DNA of 63,148 nucleotides, filler included, from Octopus bimaculoides (taxonomy: Eukaryota), in assembly GCF_001194135.2 (NCBI RefSeq). It is 7 parts of 7 records of this genome, joined end to end, with 100 filler letters (N's around TTAATTAATTAA, not from the genome) between each part and the next. Parts side by side here need not be neighbours in the genome. Positions count along the whole stretch, not along the records: positions 1 to 26,186 come from NC_068982.1; 6 more parts are not named here. The stretch is one strand, 5' to 3'. Shown in pieces: positions 12,256 through 24,783 of this stretch. Position 1 is the stretch's first letter; each line of letters opens with the position of its first letter. The translations under genes and the position numbers were made by a program. The notes below the pieces were generated by a model, which had not been told where the DNA came from, did not search any database, and saw only the letters and a program-made list of their open reading frames with translations.

Positions 12256-12830
12256 TGTCTGAACTTTTCTCCCATTGAATTATAGGATAAGTAGCTGAGT
12301 GTGCTGCAGACACTGATAAAAATATTGTAATTCTCAGGTAGCTTCAACATGGTACAGTGTTTGACAAGGCTAGCCCTTTAAATTACAAGTACAGTCTATT
12401 CAATTCATTTCTTCAGTTTCCTTTTACCCAGTTTCTTTCACAAGGCAAGGGTTATCCCAGGAATTTAGTGAAAAATACTTGATCAAAGTGTCACACAGTG
12501 TGATCAAACCTTGGATCTTCTGGTTACAAAGCATGAGCTTGAATCATATCACCATTTGGCTTCAACCGAGTTTGCTTTCTTTAACATCATGTCAATTCAT
12601 GTAAGGAAAGAAAAAGATCCCATGACATTCATACAGTCCCAGGACCAATTTCTCCAACAAAATCTATGATAAACCATCTAGACATAGACATATCTCTGCA
12701 AACAACTCTTTACTTGAATGGGTTGTGTTGACTAAAGTATGATGGTAACATGAAACATAATTAGCTAGCTTCTTCAGGTGGTACTATGAAGTTAGTCATT
12801 GCTTTTGTCAACACTAGCTGAAACCTAAGC

Positions 12831-14114
12831 ACAAGGGTGGACTGAAAAGTTCACAAGCTGACTATGAATGAGTAATGCTAGAGCTGTGAAATCTTGCATG
12901 CATTAATTTCAACCCTTCTTATTAATAACTGCATTGTTTCTTTCTAGGTAAACTAACATCTCACTGTTCAAAGAAGACTTCAAAAATAATTAGTAGTAAC
13001 TTCTTTTGAAAATGGACAAAATTTGGCATCATGCTGTTATCAAGTACCTACAGAAAAAGGCTTTAGCACCCCACAACCGGACATTCATCCTGACATGGTT
13101 GCTACATTAGGATATGGTGATTCAGTTTTATCAACAGTGCAAAAGCGGGCAACTGAATTTAGGAGGGGAAGGAAAAGTCTTGAAGATGATCCAAAGTCTG
13201 GATGTCCTGAAACTGCCACCAAGGAAAACATTGATTATGTTCACCATATAGTGATGGATGATGAGTGCTTGATAATAAATCAAATAGCCAATGCTGTGGG
13301 TATATCCCATGAGAGAGTTGAGAATATTATGCACAATAAACTTGGCATGATGTACAATTCTGCTTGATGGGTACTACATTTTCTAACACCTGATCAAAAG
13401 CCCACCAGGCCTATCACTTCATGGGTAAATCTGACACTCTATGAGACAGATCAAGCCGGTTTCCTTGAATGTTTCCAAAGCCAGAATGAGTATTGGGTTC
13501 ATCACTTTGAACCAGAGACAAAGAAATAATCCATGCAGTGGAAATACCCCTTCTCATCTGCTCCAAAGAAGGCTGTTGTCGTTTCTTTTGCAGGGAAAGT
13601 GACAGCTTCATTTTTGGTGATGCAAAAAGCATTGTATTTATTGATTTTCTTCAAAAACACCTCACCATCAATGGAGAGTACTATGCCAATTTGCTGAGTC
13701 AGTTACAAAAGGCTATCTAGACCAAACACTTGGGAAACTGACAAAAGGACTCTTGTTTCATCAGGATAATTCTCCAGTACACAAGCCCTTGGTTTTAATG
13801 TCTGCTATGCATGACTGCAGCTTTCAGCTGGTTGTTCATCCTCCCTATTCTCCTGATTTGGCACATCAGACTATAATCTATTCCCTAACATAAAAAAAAA
13901 CCCACTTGGCTGAGAACCAGCATCACAGTGATGATGATGTCATATCTGTTGTTTACTTTTTTGACCAACAGGTTGAAAGCTTCTTCATCAATGGAATCCA
14001 GCACTAATGGAAGAAGTGTGTGGACTGCAAGGGGGACTGTGTTGAAAAATAAACCTTATATGGTCACATTCCATGAGAGTATCTTGACCAGGCTATGAAC
14101 TTTCCAGCCTATCC

Positions 14115-14118
<4 letters not shown>
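12831..14118 (+). mobile_element. Full-length decayed mariner (DD34D, irritans-like) with TIRs; transposase pseudogene ~13012-14052
   Basis: TIRs acaagggtggactgaaaagttca / tgaactttccagcctatccttgt. Peptides MDKIWHHAVIKYLQKKG, LEDDPKSGCP, INGEYYANLLSQL, LFHQDN, HPPYSPDLA, terminal VEK*; multiple frameshifts. Confidence 0.9.
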
Positions 14119-14165
<47 letters not shown>

Positions 14166-14604
14166 TGTGTGTTTTACACACACACACACACACACACAGA
14201 GGAAACTGGAAATTACTGGTTATGGTAAAGTTTAGTATTCATCATAACTAATTAATTGTCAATTACCATAATGACATTAGTCGTTGCAGAAAATAAATTC
14301 TCAAATAGAAATGTTGGTAATTTAAAAATGACTTCTTTATCTTCTCATATTTCAATGAAATGTGAGAGTATAAAAGTAGCAATTCATTACCATCGATTAA
14401 TATATTTCAGGACATTCATTAATGGAGATTTTGTTTTTCCTGTCAATAATCATTTTTATCATAGCTGCCATCATCATCATCATCATCGTCATCATTCTCC
14501 TTATCATTGTCATCATCATCATTGTCATGGTCGTCATTTATTTATGTTGTAGTTGTTGATATAGGAGGAGGAGAAGGAATCTTATATTTTCATTATTTTG
14601 GCAT

Positions 14605-14667
<63 letters not shown>

Positions 14668-15202
14668 TATATATATACATATATATAACAATTACAAATT
14701 AAAAGGGTAAAGGATTATCAATTTATTAATTTATTAATAAATCAACAATTAATAATTTTTACCAAGCCCTTCGGTATGTAAGCACCATTATCGGTGGAGA
14801 ACTTATTTAAAAGTTCATATATATTTATAAACATAATTTAGGGATCAGCAAATATTTGCTTCACCACATACCGAAGTTCAGAAATAGCAGCTAAAAAAGC
14901 TGAGACTCCAACAGNNNNNNNNNNNNNNNNNNNNNNNNNNNNNNNNNNNNNNNNNNNNNNNNNNNNNNNNNNNNNNNNNNNNNNNNNNNNNNNNNNNNNN
15001 NNNNNNNNNNNNNNNNNNNNNNNNNNNNNNNNNNNNNNNNNNNNNNNNNNNNNNNNNNNNNNNNNNNNNNNNNNNNNNNNNNNNNNNNNNNNNNNNNNNN
15101 NNNNNNNNNNNNNNNNNNNNNNNNNNNNNNNNNNNNNNNNNNNNNNNNNNNNNNNNNATATATATATATGTACACAAACATACATACATATATATTTATA
15201 TA

Positions 15203-15246
<44 letters not shown>

Positions 15247-15310
15247 GACACATACACATGCACACACACACATGCACACACACACACACACACATGCATA
15301 AATAAATATA

Positions 15311-15549
15311 CAGTAATCCCTCGACTATGGTGGGTGTTGCATTCCAAAACCCCCTTGTGATAGGTGAAAATCCATGAAGTAGAAACAGTATTGTACTGTA
15401 TATTTTTGAAAATTATTTTTATGATTTGTATATATTTATTTTATTATAAATACAAAACGATACCACAGAGGAATCAATGTAAGCTTACATAATAAACCAC
15501 GATAGGTGAACTGTGATAGTTTGAATCGCAATGTGGCGAGGGATTACTG
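15311..15549. mobile_element. pogo/Tigger-like MITE
   Basis: TIRs cagtaatccctcg / cgagggattactg; TA on the left, tg on the right. Confidence 0.75.
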
Positions 15550-15836
15550 TGTATATGCATATACAAAATTGTATATAATGAATATAATATATATATATTC
15601 ATGTACGGTTGTATTTAACATATTCAAGCATATTCAGACATGAAAAGACCTTCCACTGCAGAGATAGCCCTGAAACAAAATTCTCCTTTAAGACGTCTGA
15701 AAAAAACAAAATAGGGTGTGAATGAGATCATTGGATTCTGGGACACATGCGAAAGGTTTTCTTGCATCTGAGTACACCTGAATATACTGAACTGACTTCA
15801 TCAAAATATATTTTATTCAGCTCATCTTCATGCAAC

Positions 15837-15889
<53 letters not shown>

Positions 15890-16129
15890 NNNNNNNNNNN
15901 NNNNNNNNNNNNNNNNNNNNNNNNNNNNNNNNNNNNNNNNNNNNNNNNNNNNNNNNNNNNNNNNNNNNNNNNNNNNNNNNNNNNNNNNNNNNNNNNNNNN
16001 NNNNNNNNNNNNNATATATATATATATATATATATATAAATATATATATCGGTGTGTAAGCTATGGACACATAAGCAGTGCAGCTATATCAACGGAAGGT
16101 TAACTGGGAAGATAGTTTTCATGTGTGGC

Positions 16130-16915
16130 AACTGCACAGGTGCAATAAACACCAATGATGTACAGAAAACAGATTCCATCACATGCCAGAAGTTGATAGT
16201 TTCTGTTAGTTAGGTGACCAAGTCAGTAACAGAGGTGGATGCTCTGAGAATGTAGCTGCTAGAATAAGAATAGTCCAGGCAAAGTTCAGAGAGTTCCTGC
16301 CTCTGCTGGTAACAAAGGGCCTCTCACTCAGAGTGAAAGGTAGACAGTATGATGCCTGCATATGAGCAGCCATGTTATACAGCAGTGAAATATGTGCTGT
16401 AACTGCTGAGGATATGTGTAAGCTTGGAAGAAATGAAGCTAATATGCTCTGCTGGATGTGTAATGTCAGTGTGCATATACAACAGAGTGTAAGTGCCTTG
16501 AGAGAAAAGTTGGACATAAGAAGCATCAGATGTGGTGTGCAAGAGAGATGACTGTGCTGGTATGGCCGTGTGTTGCGTATGGATGAGGACAGCTGTATGA
16601 AGAAGTGTCACACCCTAACAGTGGAGGGAACCTATGGAAGGGGTAGACCCAGTAAGACATGGGATGAGGTGGTATATGTTGGGCCTCACAGAGGCAATGA
16701 CAAGTGATTAAGACCTTTGGAGATATGCTGTGCTTGAGAAAATCCGGCAAGCCAAGTGAGATCATAGCTGTGGCTGATGCCAGTGTTGCATAACTGCCTC
16801 AGTTAAAAGCACCCTTCAATCGTCAAGCAATGTGCCATGTTTGTGAAGACCTGTTGAACCATTGTGGTCGATGCCAGTGCCACCTGACAGGCACGTAAAA
16901 AGCACCATTCGAGCA
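16130..16915 (+). mobile_element. RTE-clade LINE 3' end (post-RT domain plus UTR), decayed
   Basis: By-eye translation AKFREFLPLLVTKGLSLRVKGRQYDACI*AAMLYSSE...LCWYGRVLRMDEDSCMKKCHTLTVEGTYGRGRPSKTWDEVV. Confidence 0.85.
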
Positions 16916-16917
16916 CC

Positions 16918-16954
<37 letters not shown>

Positions 16955-17335
16955 CGCGCATTGAAAGTGAATTAGTTACATTGGAAAAAGTGCTTATTAG
17001 GGTATTTAAGAACACATGGAAACTTATATCAGATTCCTACTATTTTTTTTTGCGATATTAACATTTTGTCTCACACCTCTGCTATCTAGTCACTGACACT
17101 GTTCCACTAAAGCTGTTGAAAAGTTGGTTACTGGTGAGGTTTTATAAGTCCTTGGGATGTTTCATTTATTCTTCCCTTTGTTTTGCATTTCGTCGAAATC
17201 TTTAGAAATCCAGGTTTATATTGTATATCTGTTATTGACATTTGTCATTTGTCATTTGTCATGGCATAATGAAAATGAAGATGTATGTATGGGTATGTGC
17301 AAATAAATATACATAGATGCATACATACCTAAACA

Positions 17336-17366
<31 letters not shown>

Positions 17367-17436
17367 GTACATATATACTACTGCTGTATATTTGACTGAC
17401 GTTTTTTCTGGATCATTTGTATTATTATTATTATGA

Positions 17437-17662
17437 TTGGTGAGCTGACAGAATTGTTAGCATGCTGGGCAAAATGCTTAGTGGCATTTCATCTGCTTGT
17501 AACGTTTTCAGGTTTTTCAGTTCAAATTCCAGTCGATTTTGCCTTTTGTCAATTCAGGGTCAATAAAATAAGAACCAGCTGAACATTAGGGTTGATGTAA
17601 TTGACTTATCCCCTCCCCCCCCAAATTGCTGGCCTTGTGCCAAAGTTTGAAACCATTATTAT
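17437..17662 (+). mobile_element. tRNA-derived SINE (family also at 43.7-45.4, 50.9 and 53.7 kb) with (ATT)n tail
   Basis: ggtgagctgacagaattgttagca head, gttcaaattcc B box, ggccttgtgcc 3' end, flanked by (att)n. Confidence 0.7.
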
Positions 17663-17679
17663 TATTATCATTATTATTG

Positions 17680-19244
17680 TTTTACTTCTCAGAATGTTCT
17701 GTCTTGTTTATTCTGGTAGATTCTGTGAGAGTGGACAGCAGCCTGCTGTCAGAGGTCTCACAGGGTCTCTTTCGGCACATTATAAGCTTTGATACTTGGT
17801 TGTTAATTATCGTGGGAGACATTTCAACATCCAAGTACCAATCTCAAAATCCTAGCTATCCACAGCAGAGCAGTTTTGGGAGCTTGCTCTGCTCTCATGT
17901 CAATTCTGATTTCTTTGAAATATTTCTCAAACTTGGTTGTCAGTGCTCTGAGTGCCCCCACAACTCCTGGAACGACAGACACTCTCCTCATAGTTCACAT
18001 TCTTGCAATTTCATCTTTTAGTGGTCTGTACTTTTCAATTTCTTTTAGTTCTTTGTCACTTATGTGTGCATCTCCAAGTATTGCAATATCTATGATCATG
18101 GTTTCCTTTTTTCCTTTATCTACCATAACAATATCTGGTCTCCAAGCCTTGATTAGGGAGTCACATTGGATTGTAAAATCTCACAGTATCTTATGTTCCT
18201 TGTTCTCAGTGATTCCTTCTGGTTCATGTCCGTACCATTTCCATGCTCTGTTCAGGCTGTACTTTTCACATAGTGGACAAACTTAGCTACATTATCATGC
18301 CTCCTTTTATAGTGCTTTTGGATCAGCTTGCTACACTCACAATATGTGATATTGTTTAATTTCTGCTGCCACACATCCTACAAAGGGGTGATTTGCTATC
18401 TTATCTATTTGAAACTTGGTGTAATTGGTTCTCAGAGCTTGTTCCTGCATGCTGTATATCAATGCCTCAGTGCATCCTTTCAGATCACTTTTTCTTGGCC
18501 ATCACCAAGTATTGATCATGCCTTTTCCTGCGATTTCTCTGAGGTATTGCCCATTCAGTGGTTTCATTTTCCAGTTGTTTACTCTTTCTTCATCGTTTCT
18601 TAAATGTTTGTGGGTGCATCACATTTTCAGTAGGTATTGTATTGTTAATTCTAACAGTGGCAAGCAAGGATTCACTCTGCTGTTTGATGTACCATCCCAG
18701 ACTGTTCTTCTCATTGACAACATAGATCTTGCATCCTATGAGACATCTTCTACCCCTATTTCTAGGCACATGCAGTCTGTCAATATTGCTTTTGGGGTGT
18801 AGTTCCTTGTTAATTGTCATCACTTTTCTAGTTTTCCTGTCCATTTCCTCAAGCTTGTTCTTTGTCTAACTAACAACACCTGTGGTGTATTGCATTAAGG
18901 AAACAGCCCATGTGCTCATTTCTCTGATTTTGTTTTTTTTCCATTGTGTCTACTTCCCATAATTAACTTGGTTCTTCTGAGATATTCTCATCTAAAGCTT
19001 TCCTTCATTTCACTTTCCTTGATTCTGTCGTATTCTAAAAGGCCCAGATATTTATATCCATTAGTCTCAATATCCTTGATTTTCTTACTGTTGGGTAGCT
19101 CTACACCCTCAGATGACACTACTTTGCTTCTTTGTATCATAAGTATACCACACTTTTTAGTCCCAAATTCCATTCCAATATCCTTTCTGAATATCTCCAC
19201 TGTTGGAACGAGGCCCTTTTTTTCACATTCGGTCTTTGTTATCC

Positions 19245-19245
<1 letters not shown>
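17680..19245 (-). mobile_element. R4/Dong-type non-LTR fragment A (RT end to RLE), 5'-truncated
   Basis: KDIGMEFGTKKCGIL...YKYLGLLE (18988-19284), GRRCLI, and by-eye RLE motifs RPDIVMVD, IIDIAILGD, EIEKY. Confidence 0.85.
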
Positions 19246-19284
<39 letters not shown>

Positions 19285-19286
19285 TA

Positions 19287-19827
19287 TTAAGTGAGAGAGC
19301 AGTGCATGCCATCAAAGTGACACTGGGGTAAAATATACTTTGTATACCCATCATGACTATCCGTCTGATAAGGGTACACTAGGCACATACATCACAACCA
19401 TATGTGTGCAACATGGCGATCTCATATCAAGATAAACAGTGCATGACGTTGCAGGTGGGGGCCTAGTTAAAATTTTATTCAGGTTGAGTAGCCCATTCCG
19501 CTCAAAAGATCCCCGAATAAAGGTTGTTTAAGTATGTTGAACGAAACATCCATGTTTCCAAAGATGAATTATCCAAACTCCAAAGAATTCCTCTCAACAC
19601 ATGGCTATGATGCTCCCCCACTATTTCTGCTCATGATCAGAGATGCACATATCATCAGCCACTAAGGGACATGCTCAACTGGTTAAGGTCAAACAAGTGA
19701 CAAGCAAATCTGTGGTATTGAGCAGAATATTTGCTGTAGCTCATCTTCTACACCAAGACAAAACAATAAACAATGTACATGATAACACTTCCAATTAGTT
19801 AAGTTCAGAAGCTATGAGAGCCACTGC

Positions 19828-19828
<1 letters not shown>
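19287..19828 (-). mobile_element. ORF-less ~540 bp interspersed element 'X' flanked by (ATC/ATT)n
   Basis: Closely similar copy at 47408-47925; fragments at 46947-47135 and 54105-54290. Confidence 0.75.

Positions 19829-19903
<75 letters not shown>
19828..19903. repeat. (ATT)n microsatellite
   Basis: Seen directly. Confidence 0.95.
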
Positions 19904-20956
19904 GAAAAAATTCCTAACATCAAGCTACAAGTAGCCTTAGATTTCAAGTACCTTTCTAAGTGTCCTAGCTGTCCCTTGTAATACTGTTTTCTGGAGCTGT
20001 ACCAAACCAGGTTTTATACCTATTTCCTATAACCAGCTGTTCAAATTGTTGGGGATAGTTTCCAATGCACCTATAACTACAGAGATATATTTTACCTGCA
20101 CTTTCCATAGCCTCTGTAACTCAATGGCTAGGTCCTGGTACTTTGATATTTTCTCTATACCTCTTATATTGACTCTTGCATCATTTGGAACTGTAAAGTC
20201 AGTTTCCTGGCATTTTCTATTCTCTTTGTCTGCTACTACAAAATCAGGCCTTCAAGCTTCTATTACTTTGTTAGTCTGAATATTAAAATCTCACTAGCAC
20301 TTGTCAGCATGGTCAAATCCTAGCTTTCTACATAATTACCAGTGGATTATTCTCCCTGGGTTATCATGTTTTTCCTTGTATTCTTTCTGTGGCAGCATGC
20401 TACATTCACTAACTATATGAGTAACACTTTCCACATTTGATTTACATAACCTAAATTGAGAATCTACCTGATTATTGTCTACTTTGGCTTTTATGCAGTT
20501 AGTTCTCAATGCTTGATCTTGTGCTGCTACTAACAAACTTTCTGACTCCCTTTTCAGTCTTCCTTTTTGCAATCACCGCCATGTCTTACTATTACTATTT
20601 CCTGCAACTATCTTTGGAAATCTACCGTGCAAAACCTTCTCTTTCCAGTTGGATAATCTTGCTTCTTTTTTCTGGTTTTTAACTCCATTTGTTTTTTTTT
20701 TCATCTTCTACTGTTACTGTAGCAGCTCTTAATAAAATTTTCTCACTATTACCTACATAAGAGGCTATATCTACTGAAGCTAACTCTACACAGTCTTCCA
20801 CTGATATTAAACCTCTACCACTTTCCTTTCTAGGTAAATGCAATCTTGCTATTACTGTTCTTGAATGAAGTCCACCATTCATATTGAATTTCTTCCTAGC
20901 TCTTCTGTCTTGATTTGCTAATTCAGATTTTGTCCAATTTACAAGCTTAAGGTTCC

Positions 20957-20958
<2 letters not shown>
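19904..20958 (-). mobile_element. R4/Dong-type fragment B (thumb, CCHC, RLE)
   Basis: RLHLPRKESGRGLISVED, LVAAQDQALRT, RLCKSNVESVTHIVSEC, and by-eye KYQDLAIELQRLW, LQKTVL. Confidence 0.85.
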
Positions 20959-21014
<56 letters not shown>

Positions 21015-21021
21015 CATTATT

Positions 21022-21079
<58 letters not shown>

Positions 21080-21094
21080 CAAGCTTAAGGTTCC

Positions 21095-21125
<31 letters not shown>

Positions 21126-21152
21126 CATCATCATCATCATCATCATCATCAT
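20959..21152. repeat. Compound (ATT)n/(ATC)n microsatellite containing a duplicated 18 bp junction
   Basis: acaagcttaaggttcctt at 20941-20958 and 21079-21096. Confidence 0.9.
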
Positions 21153-22385
21153 TATTCTTTTTAAAATAAAATATGGTCTGTTGTCTTCTACTGAACCGAG
21201 GTCATCCCTTGACCCTAGGGTCACAGCAGGTTCTCATCTCATGGAGAGTACACGGTGTAAAATGTGTGCGGAACCTAGCAACACTATTTTCTGAAGTTCT
21301 TCCACATAAACACTGCAAAGGAGTTTGCTGAGCTGCTTATCAAGGCCCTTTTTAATTAACCCTAATGCCCCAATCACCACTAGTACTGTGCTGCTTTTCG
21401 TTCCCCACATCTTGGTCACTTCTATTTCTAGGTCTTTGTACTTCTCAACTTCTTTAATGGACACATTTCTCTCTGATGGTACTGTCATATCTATCATTAA
21501 GTATTTCTTATTCTTCCCATCTTTGATGATTATGTCCAGCCTGTTTGCCTTGATTTCTTTATCAGTGTTGATTGGCATGTCCCAGAGAACTGTTACACCA
21601 TCTTTTCTGGTTACAGTTTCAGGTTTATGCTGGTACCAGCTTTCTGAAGTTGGAAGCTGGTAGTGTTTACATATCTTCCAATGGATATATTGCGCTACTC
21701 TATTGTGTCTATGAATATATTCGGTTCTTGCAAGTGCTGTGCATCCAGTTAAGATGTGGTCCACTGTTTCATCCTGCTCATGACACAAACTGCATTTTGG
21801 GTCAGTGCCATCGTTCATTATTTTGTTGTGGTAAGCTTTGGTTGCCAAGCTTTGATCTTGTGCTGCTATGATAAAATCTTTGGTTTCAACCTTCAGTCCT
21901 GAGCTCTTCATCCATATATGAGTGTCTTGTTTTTCTATGTTTGGTTTGTTCACTCTACATGGTATCAGCCATGCATCGGTTTTTCTAGCCATTCTTCTTT
22001 GCTCTTCTTCTGGGCTTGTTTTTTCATCTCTTCCTTAACTCTTTTAGCAAACTGGGTTACTTTCTCACTCGCCTTCATCCTAGGTTCCTCTGTCATCAGT
22101 TGTTTCTTAAACCGTACAGATTCTTTGTATACTGAGTATAGCTTCTTTACTTCATCATGCTGGTGCACAAGCTTCATTAGAGGATCTTTTGACAGCTCAA
22201 GATATGTATTTAATCCTACAGTGGTGATTTTGTAAGATAATTCTAATTGAGTTAATCCTCTTCCTCCCATGCTTCTTGGTAAATAAATCCTGTTCAAGTT
22301 CGCTTTTTGGTGGTTTATTCGAGCCATGGTTAGTAGTTTTCTGGTCTTGGAGTCTAGCTTCTTCATTTCGTTCATCTGCCAGTTG
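21153..22385 (-). mobile_element. R4/Dong-type fragment C: best-preserved thumb, CCHC knuckle and restriction-like endonuclease, with short 3' UTR
   Basis: ORFs 21965-22375 (RIYLPRSMGGRGLTQLE) and 21234-21992 (IAAQDQSL, CSLCHEQDETVDHILTGC, RHNRVA, LWDMPI, RLDII, IDMTVP, KYKDLEIE). Confidence 0.9.
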
Positions 22386-22403
22386 ATTATTATTATTATT
22401 ATT

Positions 22404-22664
22404 GTTCAGTAGTTTTATTTTTATAACGTGCTTTCACTTCACTACCGAGCGCAACTCTGTGTGCCTTGGGTATGTGCTGTGGTTTGCTATGATACTCTTA
22501 TGGTTACTGTATTGAAAGTGTTTTGCGTAGGATGTGTGCAGTGCCCAGTAGTGCAATTTTCTTTATGTTATATATATTTGTAAGTCCTGGTGTTTTTGTT
22601 ATGTATTTGTCTGAATATTTTTTTATTATACCTAAGGCACCTATTATGATAGGAATTGTTTCTG

Positions 22665-22668
<4 letters not shown>
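22404..22668 (-). mobile_element. R4/Dong-type fragment D (extreme 3' end)
   Basis: By-eye translation TIPIIIGALGIIKKYSDKYITKTPGLTNIYNIKKIALLGTAHILRKTLSIQ*. Confidence 0.8.
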
Positions 22669-22699
<31 letters not shown>

Positions 22700-22708
<9 letters not shown>

Positions 22709-23909
22709 ATTATTTACTTTTAATCTGCATGTTTGTTACAATCACTTGCCGAGACACACCCAGTGTCCGAGAGTGAGTGAAGGATAAGAGATGTTATAGT
22801 ATGACTGAAAGCTTTAGGAGGCGAAGTGGCAGGGGCAGTAGCAAAATATTTTCATGTAATACAGCACAGACATTTAAATTGATAGGGTTTTTCTAAGGGT
22901 GTGGGCAGTACTTGTCAGCACAATCTTTTGAATTTCTCTGAAACATGGTTCTTCTGGGATGTTATCTAGATGTTTCTGACATCCCTTTTTTTATTATACC
23001 TAGGACACCTACAATAACAAGAACAGTTCTCACTTTAAGATGCCATATCTTTTGTATTTCAATTTCCAGGTTCTTTTCTTTTTTCTTGATTTGTCAAATT
23101 CCTTTACAGATATATTTTTATCAGTGGGAACACTTACATGTATTAGTCTACAAGTATTTTCTTCCCTGTCTTTAATAATTATGTCTGGTCAATTAGCCTG
23201 GATCTTGCTGTCAGTATTGATTGGAAAATCCCAGAGGATAGTGACATTTTTACCTTCAACAACTGGTACAGGATGATGTTCATACCAGTAAGCAGGAGTA
23301 CCAATTTTGTAGTGTTTACATATTTTCCATGTAAATACTGTCCTACCCTATCGTGGCAATTCTTGTACTCATTTGGTATCAGCATGGGTCATCCTGAAAT
23401 GTGATGGTCTATTGTTTCATCAAATGTGTTGCAGAATCTGCATTTAGGGTCAGAACCATTTTGAAGAATGTTAGCCTGGTAGTTTCTGGTAAGCAAGGTT
23501 TAATCTTGTGCTGCCAATTTGAAACATTCACTCTCTGCTTTTAGTCCTAAGCTTCTCAGCCACTGATGGGTTGTTGCTTGGTCTACATCAGCATTTCAAC
23601 TTCAAAAAATATACTGTCTATGCAGGGGCTTCTGGCTCTATCGCTCCTCGGCTTGGTTCTGCCCATCCTTTTTTGTAGCCTGCTCGATCTGTTTTGCTTG
23701 TTTGATGGCAGTGGTTTCAGATTCCCTTGTGAATTCTCAAGCTTCATTGACAATAGAATGTGACTTTTTTGCTGCTTTTCATGCTTGCACACAAGCTGCA
23801 GCATCCAATCCTCTCTACTAGATAAGTACCTGTTCATTGCTATGGTGGAGGTCTTATAGCACAGTTCTACCTGTATCATTTCTCTTACCCTGTTACTTCT
23901 GGGTAACTT

Positions 23910-23910
<1 letters not shown>
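22700..23910 (-). mobile_element. R4/Dong-type fragment E (same subfamily as 45480-46945)
   Basis: YKNCHDRVGQYLH; thumb ORF 23583-23879; nucleotide similarity to 45480-46500. Confidence 0.85.
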
Positions 23911-23976
<66 letters not shown>

Positions 23977-24717
23977 CATTATTATTATTACTATCATCAG
24001 GTAATTTATCAAAACTAATTAAACACTGTTCTCTATTATTAAAAGTGTCTTACATTTCTAAATTCAAACCCTCCCCGGGACATCTTTGCATGTCATCCTT
24101 CTCAAGTACAGGAAGTGGTTAATGGTAACATGAAATATTGATTCAATTTGACAATGTGAGAATATATGAGAGAAAGAGGGGTGGAAGAGAAAGACAGAGT
24201 GAGAGAGAGAGAGAGTGAGAGAGAGAGAGTGAGAGAGTGAGAGTGAGAGAGAGAGAGTGTGTGTGTGTGTGTGTGTGTATGTGCATGTGTGTGCATACAC
24301 ACATGCGTGTGCATACACACATGCGTGTGTGTGTATACAACTTCTAGACAAATGAGAAGCCAGATACATAACGTTAAGTCTTCAATATGAGGTCTCATTA
24401 TCTTTTGTTCCTTTGTCACAAACTTTAATAATGATATTCATATTTGTCTGCTTAGAATAACCTCTGATGACATGAATACTGTCACTGTGGATATTGGCCA
24501 GTGTCTTATCATCGACTCCAGACTGAACAAGTATGTGTGTTTGTGTGGTGTGTGCGTGCGCATAGTTGGTCTCTTATTATATGTTAATGAACAGAACAAT
24601 TACAAAAGATTAGAGCTTTGATTTTTTTTGTAATTACCAATGGCTTCTTCATTCAGTTGCCAGCAGTCACATGAAATTTAGTATAATCTTCATCTTTAAC
24701 ACCTATTCATTATCCGA

Positions 24718-24783
<66 letters not shown>

